DNA of 64,000 nt from Acinetobacter phage Acj61: the sequence record GU911519.1; one strand, 5' to 3'. The position numbers and the translations under genes were made by a program. A model generated the notes under the pieces. It worked only from the letters and a program-made list of their open reading frames with translations, did no database searches and was not told the origin of the DNA. How positions within the stretch are numbered: position 1 is the first letter of the stretch; each line of letters begins with the position of its first letter. Below, piece after piece: positions 32,641 to 42,378 of this stretch.

Positions 32641-33114
32641 TCATACCATTTCCTTTAAATACAGTTCAAATTTAGAACGAACGTAGTTTAAAGCAAAAAT
32701 AAATTCTTGCTCGGTTAAGATTGTATCAAATGGGTCACTTTTACCAATTGAATGAGTCAATGTGCTTCCTAATGATGCAGCCAGAGCTTGTTGGAATAAC
32801 TCATTTTGTGCAAAACATTTTAGATACGCACGTGTGTACAGGCTGCGATAGTAGTCGCTATGCCGGTTGAAGGGCTGTCCTTTCCAATACAATGTTTGAT
32901 CTTTAATAACAATAGCTCGGCCCAGTTGTTTTGCTTCGATTCCGCTTTTAGAAAATAGAACCAATTGTTTTGCAGGGTCCTTTTCACGAAGTCCTTGCAA
33001 GAAGCCTTCAATTGATCCGAACACTACATCATCCATGATAAATGAGTTAGCCCATAAGTTCGAGAGAACATTAGCTGGGTATTGACCACGAGAATTAATA
33101 TCAATTACTTTCAT
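32641..33114 (-). CDS. NADAR (YbiA/DUF1768)-like protein
   Basis: 157 aa. LSNLWANSF...GSIEGFLQGLR matches the NADAR signature (FSNF...F...S.EH.FQ). It has a strong SD (AGAGGAAATCAGTATG) and an early promoter at 33143-33175. Confidence 0.6.
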   Translation of the reverse strand: MKVIDINSRGQYPANVLSNLWANSFIMDDVVFGSIEGFLQGLREKDPAKQLVLFSKSGIEAKQLGRAIVIKDQTLYWKGQPFNRHSDYYRSLYTRAYLKCFAQNELFQQALAASLGSTLTHSIGKSDPFDTILTEQEFIFALNYVRSKFELYLKEMV

Positions 33115-33142
33115 ACTGATTTCCTCTTTAGTAGTTGATGGA

Positions 33143-33175
33143 TTAATTATACCACAAAAGGCAGTCTAAGTAAAC
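33143..33175 (-). promoter_or_regulatory. Early promoter upstream of the NADAR-like gene
   Basis: Minus strand: GTTTAC-N17-TGGTATAAT. Confidence 0.55.
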
Positions 33176-33185
33176 TGCCTTTTAA

Positions 33186-33503
33186 TTATTTTCCAACTAA
33201 TTTTGAACTCTTTTTAGGTATATGAATTGATACCCAGAGATCACGATACATTTCAACTGATTCAATGTGGACCTCTTCGCCTTCATGATGAGAATACTGG
33301 AAGAACTCATCATCAGCCTTCAAGATATGTGAACCTTCTAAAACTCGTCCCTTGATGTCTAGAACTGCTTCACCAACAGATCGACCTCGATTCACGTCAA
33401 CAAATATGTAATCCTTAGGACCCAATTGACGAGGTGTTTCCAATGTTGTAGAGTATCCAGCATCTTGGCTGTCTTCGTATAGTTGTGCAAATGAAATTGT
33501 CAT
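33186..33503 (-). CDS. Hypothetical protein
   Basis: About 105 aa from the internal Met with a GAGGAAAGTCAATG SD. No recognisable motifs. Confidence 0.4.
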   Translation of the reverse strand: MTISFAQLYEDSQDAGYSTTLETPRQLGPKDYIFVDVNRGRSVGEAVLDIKGRVLEGSHILKADDEFFQYSHHEGEEVHIESVEMYRDLWVSIHIPKKSSKLVGK

Positions 33504-33553
33504 TGACTTTCCTCTGATACAAAAATGGCTGATAAAAATATCAGCCATTTGAA

Positions 33554-33802
33554 TTATTTAAGCGTTACAACAAAGTGACGTACTGCTTTATGAGCACGAG
33601 AGCAAAGTCGTTTTGCAAACTTGAGTTCATCAAGTTGAGATAGCTCTTCTTCCAACGCCTTTTGAGCAGGATTAAGATGCTTGAAATACTTCAAGAAGTA
33701 TAGCGTCGCAGCCTGTACATCGATCGATGCACCATAATTGTCGTGGCCATTGCGCCATGCTTGACGTTGAATTGTTAGAATGTGTTTGATATTTTCTTGC
33801 AT
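33554..33802 (-). CDS. rIII: rIII lysis-inhibition accessory protein
   Basis: 82 aa, colinear with T4 rIII (QRQAWRNGHDNYGASIDVQA...YFKHLNPAQ...KAVRHFVVTLK). A minus-strand TATAAATA promoter lies upstream. Confidence 0.85.
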   Translation of the reverse strand: MQENIKHILTIQRQAWRNGHDNYGASIDVQAATLYFLKYFKHLNPAQKALEEELSQLDELKFAKRLCSRAHKAVRHFVVTLK

Positions 33803-33857
33803 TTCGTTATCCTCAGGAGAGGTTGATCTTCAATAACATGTTGTTATTACCTAAAGA

Positions 33858-33865
33858 TATTTATA
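33858..33865 (-). promoter_or_regulatory. Minus-strand late promoter TATAAATA upstream of rIII
   Basis: Reverse complement of the consensus octamer about 55 nt upstream of the rIII start. Confidence 0.4.
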
Positions 33866-33869
33866 ACGA

Positions 33870-33893
33870 AAAAAGGAGCCTTAAGGCTCCTTT
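33870..33893. terminator. Bidirectional terminator after gene 31
   Basis: AAAAGGAGCCTTAAGGCTCCTTTT, with A/T tracts on both sides. Confidence 0.65.
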
Positions 33894-33908
33894 TAAAAAT
33901 TTCAAACG

Positions 33909-34235
33909 TTAGTTTGCATATAACGCTGGCACATTGGTATAATGTACAGAAATGAATTTTTCATCGATTTCTTTTGCCAATTTTTCTTTTGTTGCAACAA
34001 GTGGATGTGGAATGTTAGCCATTTTTCCGAGAGGTACTGGAGTCATGTCACCAATTTTGAAGATACCTTCTGGGACGCCAGGACCAATGTCATGTACATA
34101 ACATACTTCAGGAATTTCGCCTTGTTCACGTACACCTACAACTAAACCTGGAACAGTGTCTGAATAAATTTCAGAACCAGCTGGTTTTGCGATTGCACGT
34201 AGTACTAAGAATTCGCCTAATGCTTTAATTTGCAT
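33909..34235 (-). CDS. 31: Co-chaperonin gp31 (GroES analogue)
   Basis: 108 aa against 111 aa in T4. Conserved EIPEVCYVHDIGPGVPEG and C-terminal HYTNVPALY. It is followed by a bidirectional terminator at 33870-33893. Confidence 0.9.
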   Translation of the reverse strand: MQIKALGEFLVLRAIAKPAGSEIYSDTVPGLVVGVREQGEIPEVCYVHDIGPGVPEGIFKIGDMTPVPLGKMANIPHPLVATKEKLAKEIDEKFISVHYTNVPALYAN

Positions 34236-34237
34236 GG

Positions 34238-34600
34238 TTATACCTCTAAATCAATGTCTGCTTGTTTAAGAACTGTATCGATATTTATACCGTCCACAGA
34301 AATTAATTTGTCAAAGCTGAATGAACGCCATGCTGATGCTTCAACGTCGAATGTTGGTAGTGAAGTTGTACTTTCACTTCGCTCAGCGCCATCTTTACGT
34401 GGAGGTGGATTCATGAACTGTTCGAACAATTCTGCAGAAATAAGAGCAGAATCACGAGTTCCACGAAGTACACGAATCGATTTGTCTTTCTTTTCAAACA
34501 CAATTTCGTGTGTACCAACTGAAAGTTTTGCTTTCAAAAATTCGCGAAGCTTGATCGAATCGCCGGTAGTTAAAATTAAATTAGTCATGTTGACCTCCAA
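34238..34600 (-). CDS. Hypothetical protein (31.1-like position)
   Basis: 120 aa ORF between cd and 31. It overlaps the cd 3' end by 20 nt. Confidence 0.45.
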   Translation of the reverse strand: MEVNMTNLILTTGDSIKLREFLKAKLSVGTHEIVFEKKDKSIRVLRGTRDSALISAELFEQFMNPPPRKDGAERSESTTSLPTFDVEASAWRSFSFDKLISVDGINIDTVLKQADIDLEV

Positions 34601-35135
34601 AATTGATGATGTTTTCCCAATTCAGGGATGTGAGTTTTGATTTAGGCAATTGATGAACTTCAACGCCTGCATCAATAAGTTCTTGGTCCCAACCAGGTTG
34701 ATTTCGGTCATACAATTCACTATACACAAGTTTCTTGATGCCGGTTTGAAGAATTGATTTCGCACATTCTCGACAAGGAGATAATGTGACATACATCGTT
34801 GCTCCATCGATAGGAAGACCATTTTTTGCTGCGAATAAGATTGCATTCAATTCAGCATGAATTTCATGTGCTGACGACCAAGCGGAGTGAACTTCACGAA
34901 ATTCGTTTTTCAAAACAACTTGATTCACATGAGGCGGCACCGGATTGTAACGCTGTTCAGTCCATCCTTGTTCATGAGCATGATCACAACAGTTCACTCC
35001 ACCTTCACGAGTACCATTATAGCCAGTCGAAATAATTCGGCCATTTTTAGCGATCACTGCTCCAACTTTCCATGATACGCATTTTGATTCTTGTGAAACA
35101 AGGTATGCGATTTGCATAAATGAACTTGGCTTCAT
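34581..35135 (-). CDS. cd: dCMP deaminase
   Basis: 184 aa. It has the HAE...PCxxC zinc-deaminase motifs (SAHEIHAELNAI, LSPCRECAK). Confidence 0.9.
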   Translation of the reverse strand: MKPSSFMQIAYLVSQESKCVSWKVGAVIAKNGRIISTGYNGTREGGVNCCDHAHEQGWTEQRYNPVPPHVNQVVLKNEFREVHSAWSSAHEIHAELNAILFAAKNGLPIDGATMYVTLSPCRECAKSILQTGIKKLVYSELYDRNQPGWDQELIDAGVEVHQLPKSKLTSLNWENIINFGGQHD

Positions 35136-35545
35136 ATGTTACATCCTGGTGCTGGTTCACCGAACAGTTCCCAATGCAAACGATTCTTTTGAAGATCGCA
35201 TGTATCTTTGATGCTTGGCTTAGGTTTTGGAGTTTCTTTAACAGCTGGTTCAGGAACTGGGTCATTTGAACCTTCAGAATAATCGATTTCTGGATGACGC
35301 TCGATCGCTTGATTATAGTTGCTGCGTTCGTCCATCATTGTATCAACTTCATCAAATGTAGGACGTTTGAGATTTGAATCAGTTAGACGTTTTTCTGTTG
35401 CTGCATTCAAAACTTTGAGATATTGAATATCAGCTGAATAGTCTTGGCTATTCACAACTGCTAATGTTGCAGATGTAGCGCTGGCGATAGAAATGATTGA
35501 TGCAAGCAAAAGATGCTTTAGCGATGCTGGAGCATTTAGGTTCAT
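35132..35545 (-). CDS. Hypothetical secreted/periplasmic protein with an N-terminal signal peptide
   Basis: About 137 aa from the Met with an AGAGGAAATCAAAATG SD. It has a hydrophobic LLLASIISIASATSATLA leader. An early promoter lies at 35587-35625. It overlaps the cd start by ATGA. Confidence 0.5.
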   Translation of the reverse strand: MNLNAPASLKHLLLASIISIASATSATLAVVNSQDYSADIQYLKVLNAATEKRLTDSNLKRPTFDEVDTMMDERSNYNQAIERHPEIDYSEGSNDPVPEPAVKETPKPKPSIKDTCDLQKNRLHWELFGEPAPGCNI

Positions 35546-35586
35546 TTTGATTTCCTCTATTTCATGAATAGCCATTAGGTTATGTT

Positions 35587-35625
35587 GATAGGACTATTAT
35601 AACATAGTCCTATCATGAAGTAAAT
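35587..35625 (-). promoter_or_regulatory. Early promoter with a perfect 11-bp dyad GATAGGACTAT-TATAAC-ATAGTCCTATC around the -10
   Basis: Minus strand: ATTTAC-N18-TATAAT. It lies upstream of the secreted-protein ORF. Confidence 0.6.
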
Positions 35626-35630
35626 AGCTG

Positions 35631-35957
35631 TTAGGCTAATTTAACAACTAAATAACGAGTATTGCGGGTAACCAGAACTTCAAGATCAGTGTCAAGAACT
35701 TCGACTTGAGCAATACGAGATGTACGGACATAGTCTGCATCTTCGAATCGTCCAAGAGAATCACTGAACACATGACCATAGGCAACATTTGCATAAGGAC
35801 GTTCAACGATAAGAACTGCATGACAGTGATTGTCTTCTACCAACTGTTCGATATCGACATGAGCACGAATATCTTCCATGATTTCTGCTGCATCTTCATG
35901 AAGATCGTCGCTGATGAAATTATACTTTGCTTTAAGTGCTTTAACTAATGCAGTCAT
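35631..35957 (-). CDS. Hypothetical protein
   Basis: 108 aa acidic ORF in the pseT operon. Confidence 0.4.
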   Translation of the reverse strand: MTALVKALKAKYNFISDDLHEDAAEIMEDIRAHVDIEQLVEDNHCHAVLIVERPYANVAYGHVFSDSLGRFEDADYVRTSRIAQVEVLDTDLEVLVTRNTRYLVVKLA

Positions 35958-36325
35958 TAGATTACTCCAAAATGTTTAAGGGCTAAGTTGTTATAGGCTG
36001 CGAATGAGCCTGTTAATAAAACTGTTGGATCGAGCCATTCAACTAGTCCAGTCTCCGTGTCATCAACGCCTGCATTAATATCAGAGATTCGACACAAGAA
36101 TGTAGTAACTTCATGGCTTCCACATTGATGAGTAAAGGTCATTTCGCTTGTATGAATGACTGAATAACCTGTTTCTTCAAGAACTTCGCGTTCCATTGCA
36201 TCTTCGAGAGATTCATTACCATCGACCTTTCCACCAGGCATTCCAAAATCATTGTGATCATCTTTACGAGATACACACAACGCTTTACCATTACGAAGAA
36301 TCAGAGCACATACTGCTTTTTTCAT
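35957..36325 (-). CDS. Nudix hydrolase (MutT-like)
   Basis: 122 aa. It has the Nudix box GGKVDGNESLEDAMEREVLEETG. Confidence 0.75.
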   Translation of the reverse strand: MKKAVCALILRNGKALCVSRKDDHNDFGMPGGKVDGNESLEDAMEREVLEETGYSVIHTSEMTFTHQCGSHEVTTFLCRISDINAGVDDTETGLVEWLDPTVLLTGSFAAYNNLALKHFGVI

Positions 36326-36326
36326 A

Positions 36327-36515
36327 TCAACAAGTCCAAAAGATAATTAGTGGGAGACAGATAATTGCTATGATAGCAATTCCCCATCCGAATAATTTCA
36401 ATACGTCAATCACAGCTGCCTTTAAGCGTTCAATGATTGTGCCGTGTTCAAATGCAAAACTAATTGCGGTCATTATGACGAAGGCAGCCCAGATAAGGAA
36501 TATGCATTCAGCCAT
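36327..36515 (-). CDS. Small two-helix membrane protein
   Basis: 62 aa with two hydrophobic stretches. Its start overlaps the pseT stop (ATGA). Confidence 0.4.
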   Translation of the reverse strand: MAECIFLIWAAFVIMTAISFAFEHGTIIERLKAAVIDVLKLFGWGIAIIAIICLPLIIFWTC

Positions 36516-37438
36516 TAGAATTCACCGAATGCGATTTGAGCGCAGTTTACGCCGATGCGTCGCCACATTTCAACTACCCTGTCGCGGTCATCTACTGCGA
36601 GGACTACATTGTATCGAGGTGCAATATGCTCATAGAAGATTTCTTCTTTAATGATGTCATCCTTTCGACTATCGCCAGTTTTACGCATCCATAGCTCATC
36701 AGGTAAGATGCCATGCTCGTTTAACCATGCGTCGGTCATATCAAAGTACTTGCGTTCATCTGCTTTGATACCTGAATGACGTCCTGATACACAGATGATT
36801 TTGTGACCTGAAGCACGATACATATTCAACATATCTACAACAAATTCAATAGGGCTATCTTTATGGAGTTCCCATAACGCATACGGAGATCGATGATCGT
36901 TGTTAGCCAATGTACCGTCAATATCAAAAATGACTGCTTTAGGCAACTCTTTGTTAGGAACGTATGCAACATGTTCACCTAAATACTTTTTCATTTTCAA
37001 GTACATAGAACGCAATACGTCTTTAGGAACAGCTTTGTTGCCGCGAGTTAGGTTACGCTTTTCAAGTTCAACCCAAGGCACATCAAATGTCTTTTCTTCG
37101 ACAGCGATTGTAGGGATTTTCAAACCTGAATTTTTGATTTTGGCGTTCTTTGTTTCAACAACCTTTTTGTAACCATTGCGAGTTGACTCGTTCAAGTTCG
37201 TATCGGCAATGATCATAGTTTCAAAATGATCTTGTTCCAAGAACTGTTCTAATGCCTGTTTAACATGAGCAGTAACTGCTTGTTCTTTGGCACGTGAGTA
37301 TTTGTACTCTCCACCGAACATCATTTGGCGTAAGTCATCACGACATACGATAAACACTTTAGGATTTTTAGCTTGTTCGGTAGCCCAGGTAGATTTACCG
37401 GCTCCAGGAGCTCCGATTGTTAAAATGACTTTCTTCAT
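36515..37438 (-). CDS. pseT: Polynucleotide 5'-kinase / 3'-phosphatase
   Basis: 307 aa against 301 aa in T4. Walker A (GAPGAGKSTWA) plus HAD motif I (VIFDIDGTLA). The C-terminus is nearly identical to T4 (VVEMWRRIGV). An early promoter lies at 37462-37500. Confidence 0.95.
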   Translation of the reverse strand: MKKVILTIGAPGAGKSTWATEQAKNPKVFIVCRDDLRQMMFGGEYKYSRAKEQAVTAHVKQALEQFLEQDHFETMIIADTNLNESTRNGYKKVVETKNAKIKNSGLKIPTIAVEEKTFDVPWVELEKRNLTRGNKAVPKDVLRSMYLKMKKYLGEHVAYVPNKELPKAVIFDIDGTLANNDHRSPYALWELHKDSPIEFVVDMLNMYRASGHKIICVSGRHSGIKADERKYFDMTDAWLNEHGILPDELWMRKTGDSRKDDIIKEEIFYEHIAPRYNVVLAVDDRDRVVEMWRRIGVNCAQIAFGEF

Positions 37439-37461
37439 GTCTATACCTTCTTGGTAGATTT

Positions 37462-37500
37462 GATAGGACCATTATATCATAGTCCTATCATAAAGTAAAC
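37462..37500 (-). promoter_or_regulatory. Early promoter upstream of pseT, with a GATAGGAC...GTCCTATC dyad
   Basis: Minus strand: GTTTAC-N17-TGATATAATGGTCCTATCA. Confidence 0.65.
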
Positions 37501-37511
37501 TATTTTCGAAA

Positions 37512-38669
37512 TTAATATTCGTTTTTGAGTGTTTCAAAACCTGCTGGAACATATTTCTTGTAGTTCTTCATGAAAACTACGTTGATGTTTTTGATGGTTT
37601 GCTCTTGGTCCGCACCTTTATAGAGTTCCATCATGACACCGAATAATTCAAGTTGATCTGTGTTACGAAGAATTGTCTGGCATTCGATTGCATAGGTTTT
37701 GCGATCTGAACCAATCAATTGACGTTGCAAATCGAATACAAAGTTAGATGTCTTTTTGAGATAATCTAAGAATGCAGTTTCAAATGATTCAATTTTTGTT
37801 CGAGACAAGTCATCAGTGAACAGAGATTTCATGTCGTCAGAACCACCAGCAACAACGACCATGAATAACGCTTCGCTATTATTGAGAGTGTCTTTGACAC
37901 GATGCAAGTTTGAGTACCATTCAGTTTTGAGTTTGAATTTCAGACCTGACGCATGCTGGAACACAAAACCTTCGATGTCAACCATTTCACGAATTTCTTT
38001 GATCATTTCGTTAGTATCAATGTCTTCACGTGGTGGATAAACATCTATCAAATAATTACGAAGAACTGGGTCCTTCTGCAATTCAGCCATTGGCACGTAT
38101 TCACCGGTTTCGTTATGACGAACGTTAAGTAGAATTAAATCTTTCTTAGCATAGTTCAACACAATTCGGTTATTTGGTGCAACATATTCAAAGTTACAAG
38201 TGAAGCCATCTTTAGCTAATTCAAGTGCACGTTCAGCCAATGGTTTGTAATTGATATCGAGCAACAACTGTTTTGATTCAATTGCTTGAGATGAGCTAAT
38301 AGAACCTTTTGATTTCGTGTACAAATATCCTTGATCGACATAAGTAGAAATCAATGACCCATCAGCTTTAGTCATTGCATATTCAAGCTGAGAAAGATCT
38401 AAATCCATTGTGAATGGATTCTCTTCTAAGTTGAAGAATTTCTCCATTGGGCGAGCCATTACACGAACTGGCTGATTGTCGGCATCTAATTCGAACATGA
38501 TACCACGAGATTCTAGAGCACCTGGCAATAACCAATCAGAGTACGCTGCATAGTTATATGAGAAGATGCGACACTTTGTGCCAGGCTGTGTTACAACGTC
38601 TTTATAGAAAAACTTCGAGATGTCGTTTGGGTCTTGGAGAGCCATTAAATTGTCAAATAATTCTTTCAT
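37512..38669 (-). CDS. rnlA: RNA ligase 1
   Basis: 385 aa, colinear with T4 gp63 (RIFSYNYAAYSDWLLPGALESRGIMFE, EKFFNLEENPFTM). Confidence 0.95.
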   Translation of the reverse strand: MKELFDNLMALQDPNDISKFFYKDVVTQPGTKCRIFSYNYAAYSDWLLPGALESRGIMFELDADNQPVRVMARPMEKFFNLEENPFTMDLDLSQLEYAMTKADGSLISTYVDQGYLYTKSKGSISSSQAIESKQLLLDINYKPLAERALELAKDGFTCNFEYVAPNNRIVLNYAKKDLILLNVRHNETGEYVPMAELQKDPVLRNYLIDVYPPREDIDTNEMIKEIREMVDIEGFVFQHASGLKFKLKTEWYSNLHRVKDTLNNSEALFMVVVAGGSDDMKSLFTDDLSRTKIESFETAFLDYLKKTSNFVFDLQRQLIGSDRKTYAIECQTILRNTDQLELFGVMMELYKGADQEQTIKNINVVFMKNYKKYVPAGFETLKNEY

Positions 38670-38725
38670 GATGTATCCTCTTCGTTAATATGATCATTAT
38701 ATAACGAATAAATTAAAAGCAACAA
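38670..38725 (-). promoter_or_regulatory. Candidate middle (MotA-box TTGCTTTTA) / -10 TATATAAT promoter upstream of rnlA
   Basis: Minus strand: GTTGCTTTTAATTTATTCGTTATATAATGATCAT, then an SD and the ATG. Confidence 0.35.
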
Positions 38726-38742
38726 ATATTCGCTACGCGAAA

Positions 38743-38807
38743 GGGCCGTGAGGCCCTGTATCTTGTCGCCATTACTTCTGAGTCAGCTGGTCCGGACCCG
38801 GACCAGA
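38743..38807 (-). terminator. Stacked hairpins downstream of nrdB (AGGGCCGTGAGGCCCT; CTGGTCCGGACCCGGACCAG)
   Basis: Two GC-rich perfect stems in the 250-bp nrdB-rnlA spacer. Confidence 0.4.
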
Positions 38808-38919
38808 AATACACTTCGTAAATAACTAACGAAGTTATTTATAACTTTTAAAAGTTGACTTGCACGAAAAGTGATCAAAAATGATTAGTTCTTGATCACT
38901 TAGTGTAAAGATTTGTAAC

Positions 38920-40053
38920 TTACTTACGTAGATACTTTTTGTATTTTTCCATGATCGCATCAGTGATGTCATTGTCAATCTGTGACACCAGGTATGATCC
39001 GATTTCAACTTCTTGAGGTGCTGCTTGTACAGTGTTAGATTTCAAGAATTTAGTCAACCATGGGAACGGGTTACGTTTTGGTGCTACAATTGAAGATGAG
39101 TCAAGACCGAGTTCATTCATACGAGGTACTGTCGCATAGTCAATATAATCACTTACTAGCCCAACGCTGAGACCTTGTGGAGCACCTGATTGGTATACAT
39201 ACTTACACCATTCTTTCTCTTGCTCATTAGTTGCTAAGAAAATATTCGTAGCTTCTTCACGGCATTCTTCAGCAATTTTAATCCATTCAGGACCTTCTTC
39301 ACCTGATTGTAGGCGTTTGATCATATAACGAGTACCTTGGTGATGCAGGTTTTCATCTCGTGCAATGAACGTCATGATTTTGCTGTTACCTTCCATGACC
39401 TTTTGAGTTTCAAAGAAGTTGAATGTGTTAATAAACGATACGAAGAATCGAATTGCTTCTAAGGCATTGATTGTGTGTAAGCATAAGTAGAACGCCTTTT
39501 TCAATTCGTAAAGTTGTTCTTCAGTTGCAATACCACGGATTTTATCTGCAGAGTACAGAGTCCATTTAATTTCCAATTCATCGTAGTACTTACAAATTGA
39601 TGCAGCACGAGCCATGATTTGATCGTCAAGAACTACACTGTCGAAAATTTCTGTTGGATTATTATACAGATTTCGAATGATGTGAGTGTATGAACGTGAA
39701 TGGATAGTCTCAAAGAATGTCCATGTTTGAATCCATGTGTCGAGACCAATGTCTGAACAAATTGGACCAAGAATTTCAGATGGAGCAGAACCTTGTACAG
39801 TGTCCATGATTGCTTGGTATAACAAATTCAATGTGAATGTACGTTGATCACGTGGATGTAATTTTTTGAATTGAGAACTATCGGTTGTCAAGTTGATCTC
39901 TTCTGGACGCCAGAAAAAACTCAATGCTTGAACTGTCAAATTTTCGATAGTTGGATGCTTTGGACTTTCATAACGTGCAATTGATGTTGACTCACCAAAG
40001 AACATAGGCTGTTGTGCATAGTCATAGTTGGAGTCACGGTTGAAAACTGTCAT
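38920..40053 (-). CDS. nrdB: Ribonucleotide reductase beta subunit
   Basis: 377 aa, uninterrupted (no intron). It has a di-iron ferritin-like RNR small-subunit architecture. Its position before nrdA matches T4. Confidence 0.9.
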   Translation of the reverse strand: MTVFNRDSNYDYAQQPMFFGESTSIARYESPKHPTIENLTVQALSFFWRPEEINLTTDSSQFKKLHPRDQRTFTLNLLYQAIMDTVQGSAPSEILGPICSDIGLDTWIQTWTFFETIHSRSYTHIIRNLYNNPTEIFDSVVLDDQIMARAASICKYYDELEIKWTLYSADKIRGIATEEQLYELKKAFYLCLHTINALEAIRFFVSFINTFNFFETQKVMEGNSKIMTFIARDENLHHQGTRYMIKRLQSGEEGPEWIKIAEECREEATNIFLATNEQEKEWCKYVYQSGAPQGLSVGLVSDYIDYATVPRMNELGLDSSSIVAPKRNPFPWLTKFLKSNTVQAAPQEVEIGSYLVSQIDNDITDAIMEKYKKYLRK

Positions 40054-40125
40054 TGTATTTCCTCATTAAAACTTTTAGACATTATAACATAAATTGAAGG
40101 AAGCGGGACCGAAGTCCCGAATCAT

Positions 40126-42378
40126 TTACAGTTTGCAACCTTCACAACCTTCATCACTTGAATCAAGACCAGAACCATCGTCTGTGTTATGATAGTACAT
40201 GTTCTTGTTACCATAGAAGTTGGCAAACAAGATGTCATCAATAATTTCTGACATTGGAACTTTACCATTCTCGTAACGAGACGGCAAGTAGTACGTGTTC
40301 AGTGAGATTGCTTGGTCATTCCATTTTTGGATAATCGAACATTGAGTCAGATATCCTTTGTTGCCAGTTTTAGCAAGTTCCCATGCGAAGTCATAGAACA
40401 ACTGATTTTCTGCATAGTTAGGAACTACTTGGTTGAATGCACCACCCTTAGATGACTTGACTGATACTGGACCACGTGGTGGCTCAAGACCATTTGTTGA
40501 ATTACTTACTTGACTTGATGATTCACAAGGCATCATCGCAGACAATGTAGTATTTCTCATTCCATAAAGAATCAAATCTTCACGAAGGGCTTCCCAATCA
40601 AGAACATAGACTGGCTCAACAAGTTCATCAACTGATGGACGATACCAATCGATCGGAAGTTTGCCTTGTCCGTATTTGGTCATGTACAATCGAGGACTTG
40701 GACCTTTTTCTTTCGCTAATTGAATCGATGCTTTGATCAATGCGTATTGCAAACGTTCAAACAATTCATGAGTAATTTCATTGGCGTCATTGTATGATGC
40801 GCTGTTTGAAGCTAACCATGCTGCATAGTTTGTGACACCTACACCGAGTGATCGATATTCTTTGGCACTTAATGCTTTCTCATGAGGATAATCTTGGTAG
40901 TCGAGTAAGTTATCTAATGATCGAACCATAACCATAGCGATTCGGTTGATTTCATCTTGATTTTTCCAATCGAACGAATCAAGAACGAAGGCGCTAAGCG
41001 TGCAGAGGGCGATTTCACCATCTTCACGACCAATGTCTTTAGTATGAAGTGCGATTTCCATACACAAGTTCGATTGACGAACTGGAGCAATTTCACGAAT
41101 CCAAGGACCGTATTCGTTAATGTTGTCTACAAATGAAGGGTAGATACGAGCTGTGTTAGCACGTTCGGTTGCAAACATTTCTTCCCAAAGTGTACGAGCT
41201 TTCATACGTTTCTTGCGAACAAGAGGCTGTTTTTCAAGGTCTTCGTAAATTTCACGGAAGCGTTCTGGGTTGCTAAAATATGAGTCATACAACTCAGGAT
41301 GAGCATCTGGACTGAACAAAGTAATGTAGTCGTTATTGATATAACGCTCAATAAGTAACTCATTGATTTGAAGGCCATAATCCATGTGACGAATACGGTT
41401 TTCTTCAACACCTTTGTTGTTCTTCAACACAATCAAGTTTTCCACTTCAAGGTGCCACATAGGGAAGAACATTGTTGCCGAACCTTTACGAATACCACCT
41501 TGAGAACAGCAATGAACCGCTGAGTTAAAGTGCTTCCAGAAAGGTACTACGCCAGTGTGTTTGACTTCGCCTGGGCCAATTTTCGAACCTTCAGCTCGAA
41601 TCATGCCTGCGTTAATCCCGATACCTGCTCGCTTAGAAACATACTTAACAATAGCAGAGTTTGCATCATTGATTGAGTCAAGGCTGTCACCAGATTCAAT
41701 AACTACACATGAACTGAATTGACGAGTTGGGGTACGAACACCAGCCATAATTGGAGTAGGCAACGAGATTTTACGAGTTGAAACAGCTTCATAAAATTCT
41801 TTGACTGCTTGTAGACGAGTTGATTTGTCTTCATCTTGATGCAAACACATACCGATGAGCATGAATGCAAATTGTGGAGTTTCATAAATCTTGCCAGTTG
41901 AACGATCTTTGACAAGATATTTGTCCATTAACTGACAAGTGCCTGCATAGGTAAACGTGAAGTCACGTGAATGGTCGATGGCTTCTTCGAGTTCTTCAAA
42001 TTCCGCTGGCGAATATTTAAGTAGGATTTCGGAGTCGTATAAGCCATGGGCTGTGACACTTGTAACATGATCAATAAATTTAGGCGGGTCAAATTGGCCA
42101 AATACTGCTTTACGTAAACCAAACTGTGCGAGATTTGATGCAACATATTGATAATCCTGTTCTTCCAATGTGATTGAGTCAGCTGCAACTTTAACAATTG
42201 CATCTTGAATTTCTGATGTGGTCATCTCATCTTTCAAATGAGGAATGATGCGATCGAACAAATCATATACATCGATGTCGCTGGTAAACTCGATACCTTC
42301 GAGAGCCCAGTTCAATACCTGCATGATTTTGTTTTGATCAAATTCTTGAGCGATACCGCTCGACTTAATTACTTTCAT
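40126..42378 (-). CDS. nrdA: Ribonucleotide reductase alpha subunit
   Basis: 750 aa against 754 aa in T4. It has an N-terminal ATP-cone, and the C-terminal tail with CxxC (CEGCKL) is typical of class Ia. Confidence 0.95.
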   Translation of the reverse strand: MKVIKSSGIAQEFDQNKIMQVLNWALEGIEFTSDIDVYDLFDRIIPHLKDEMTTSEIQDAIVKVAADSITLEEQDYQYVASNLAQFGLRKAVFGQFDPPKFIDHVTSVTAHGLYDSEILLKYSPAEFEELEEAIDHSRDFTFTYAGTCQLMDKYLVKDRSTGKIYETPQFAFMLIGMCLHQDEDKSTRLQAVKEFYEAVSTRKISLPTPIMAGVRTPTRQFSSCVVIESGDSLDSINDANSAIVKYVSKRAGIGINAGMIRAEGSKIGPGEVKHTGVVPFWKHFNSAVHCCSQGGIRKGSATMFFPMWHLEVENLIVLKNNKGVEENRIRHMDYGLQINELLIERYINNDYITLFSPDAHPELYDSYFSNPERFREIYEDLEKQPLVRKKRMKARTLWEEMFATERANTARIYPSFVDNINEYGPWIREIAPVRQSNLCMEIALHTKDIGREDGEIALCTLSAFVLDSFDWKNQDEINRIAMVMVRSLDNLLDYQDYPHEKALSAKEYRSLGVGVTNYAAWLASNSASYNDANEITHELFERLQYALIKASIQLAKEKGPSPRLYMTKYGQGKLPIDWYRPSVDELVEPVYVLDWEALREDLILYGMRNTTLSAMMPCESSSQVSNSTNGLEPPRGPVSVKSSKGGAFNQVVPNYAENQLFYDFAWELAKTGNKGYLTQCSIIQKWNDQAISLNTYYLPSRYENGKVPMSEIIDDILFANFYGNKNMYYHNTDDGSGLDSSDEGCEGCKL

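Noticed and set aside
35546-35575. Upstream start MAIHEIEEIK for the secreted-protein ORF
   Set aside because: It has no SD and lies within ~20 nt of the predicted transcription start. The downstream Met has an AGAGGAAATCAAAATG SD and begins the signal peptide.
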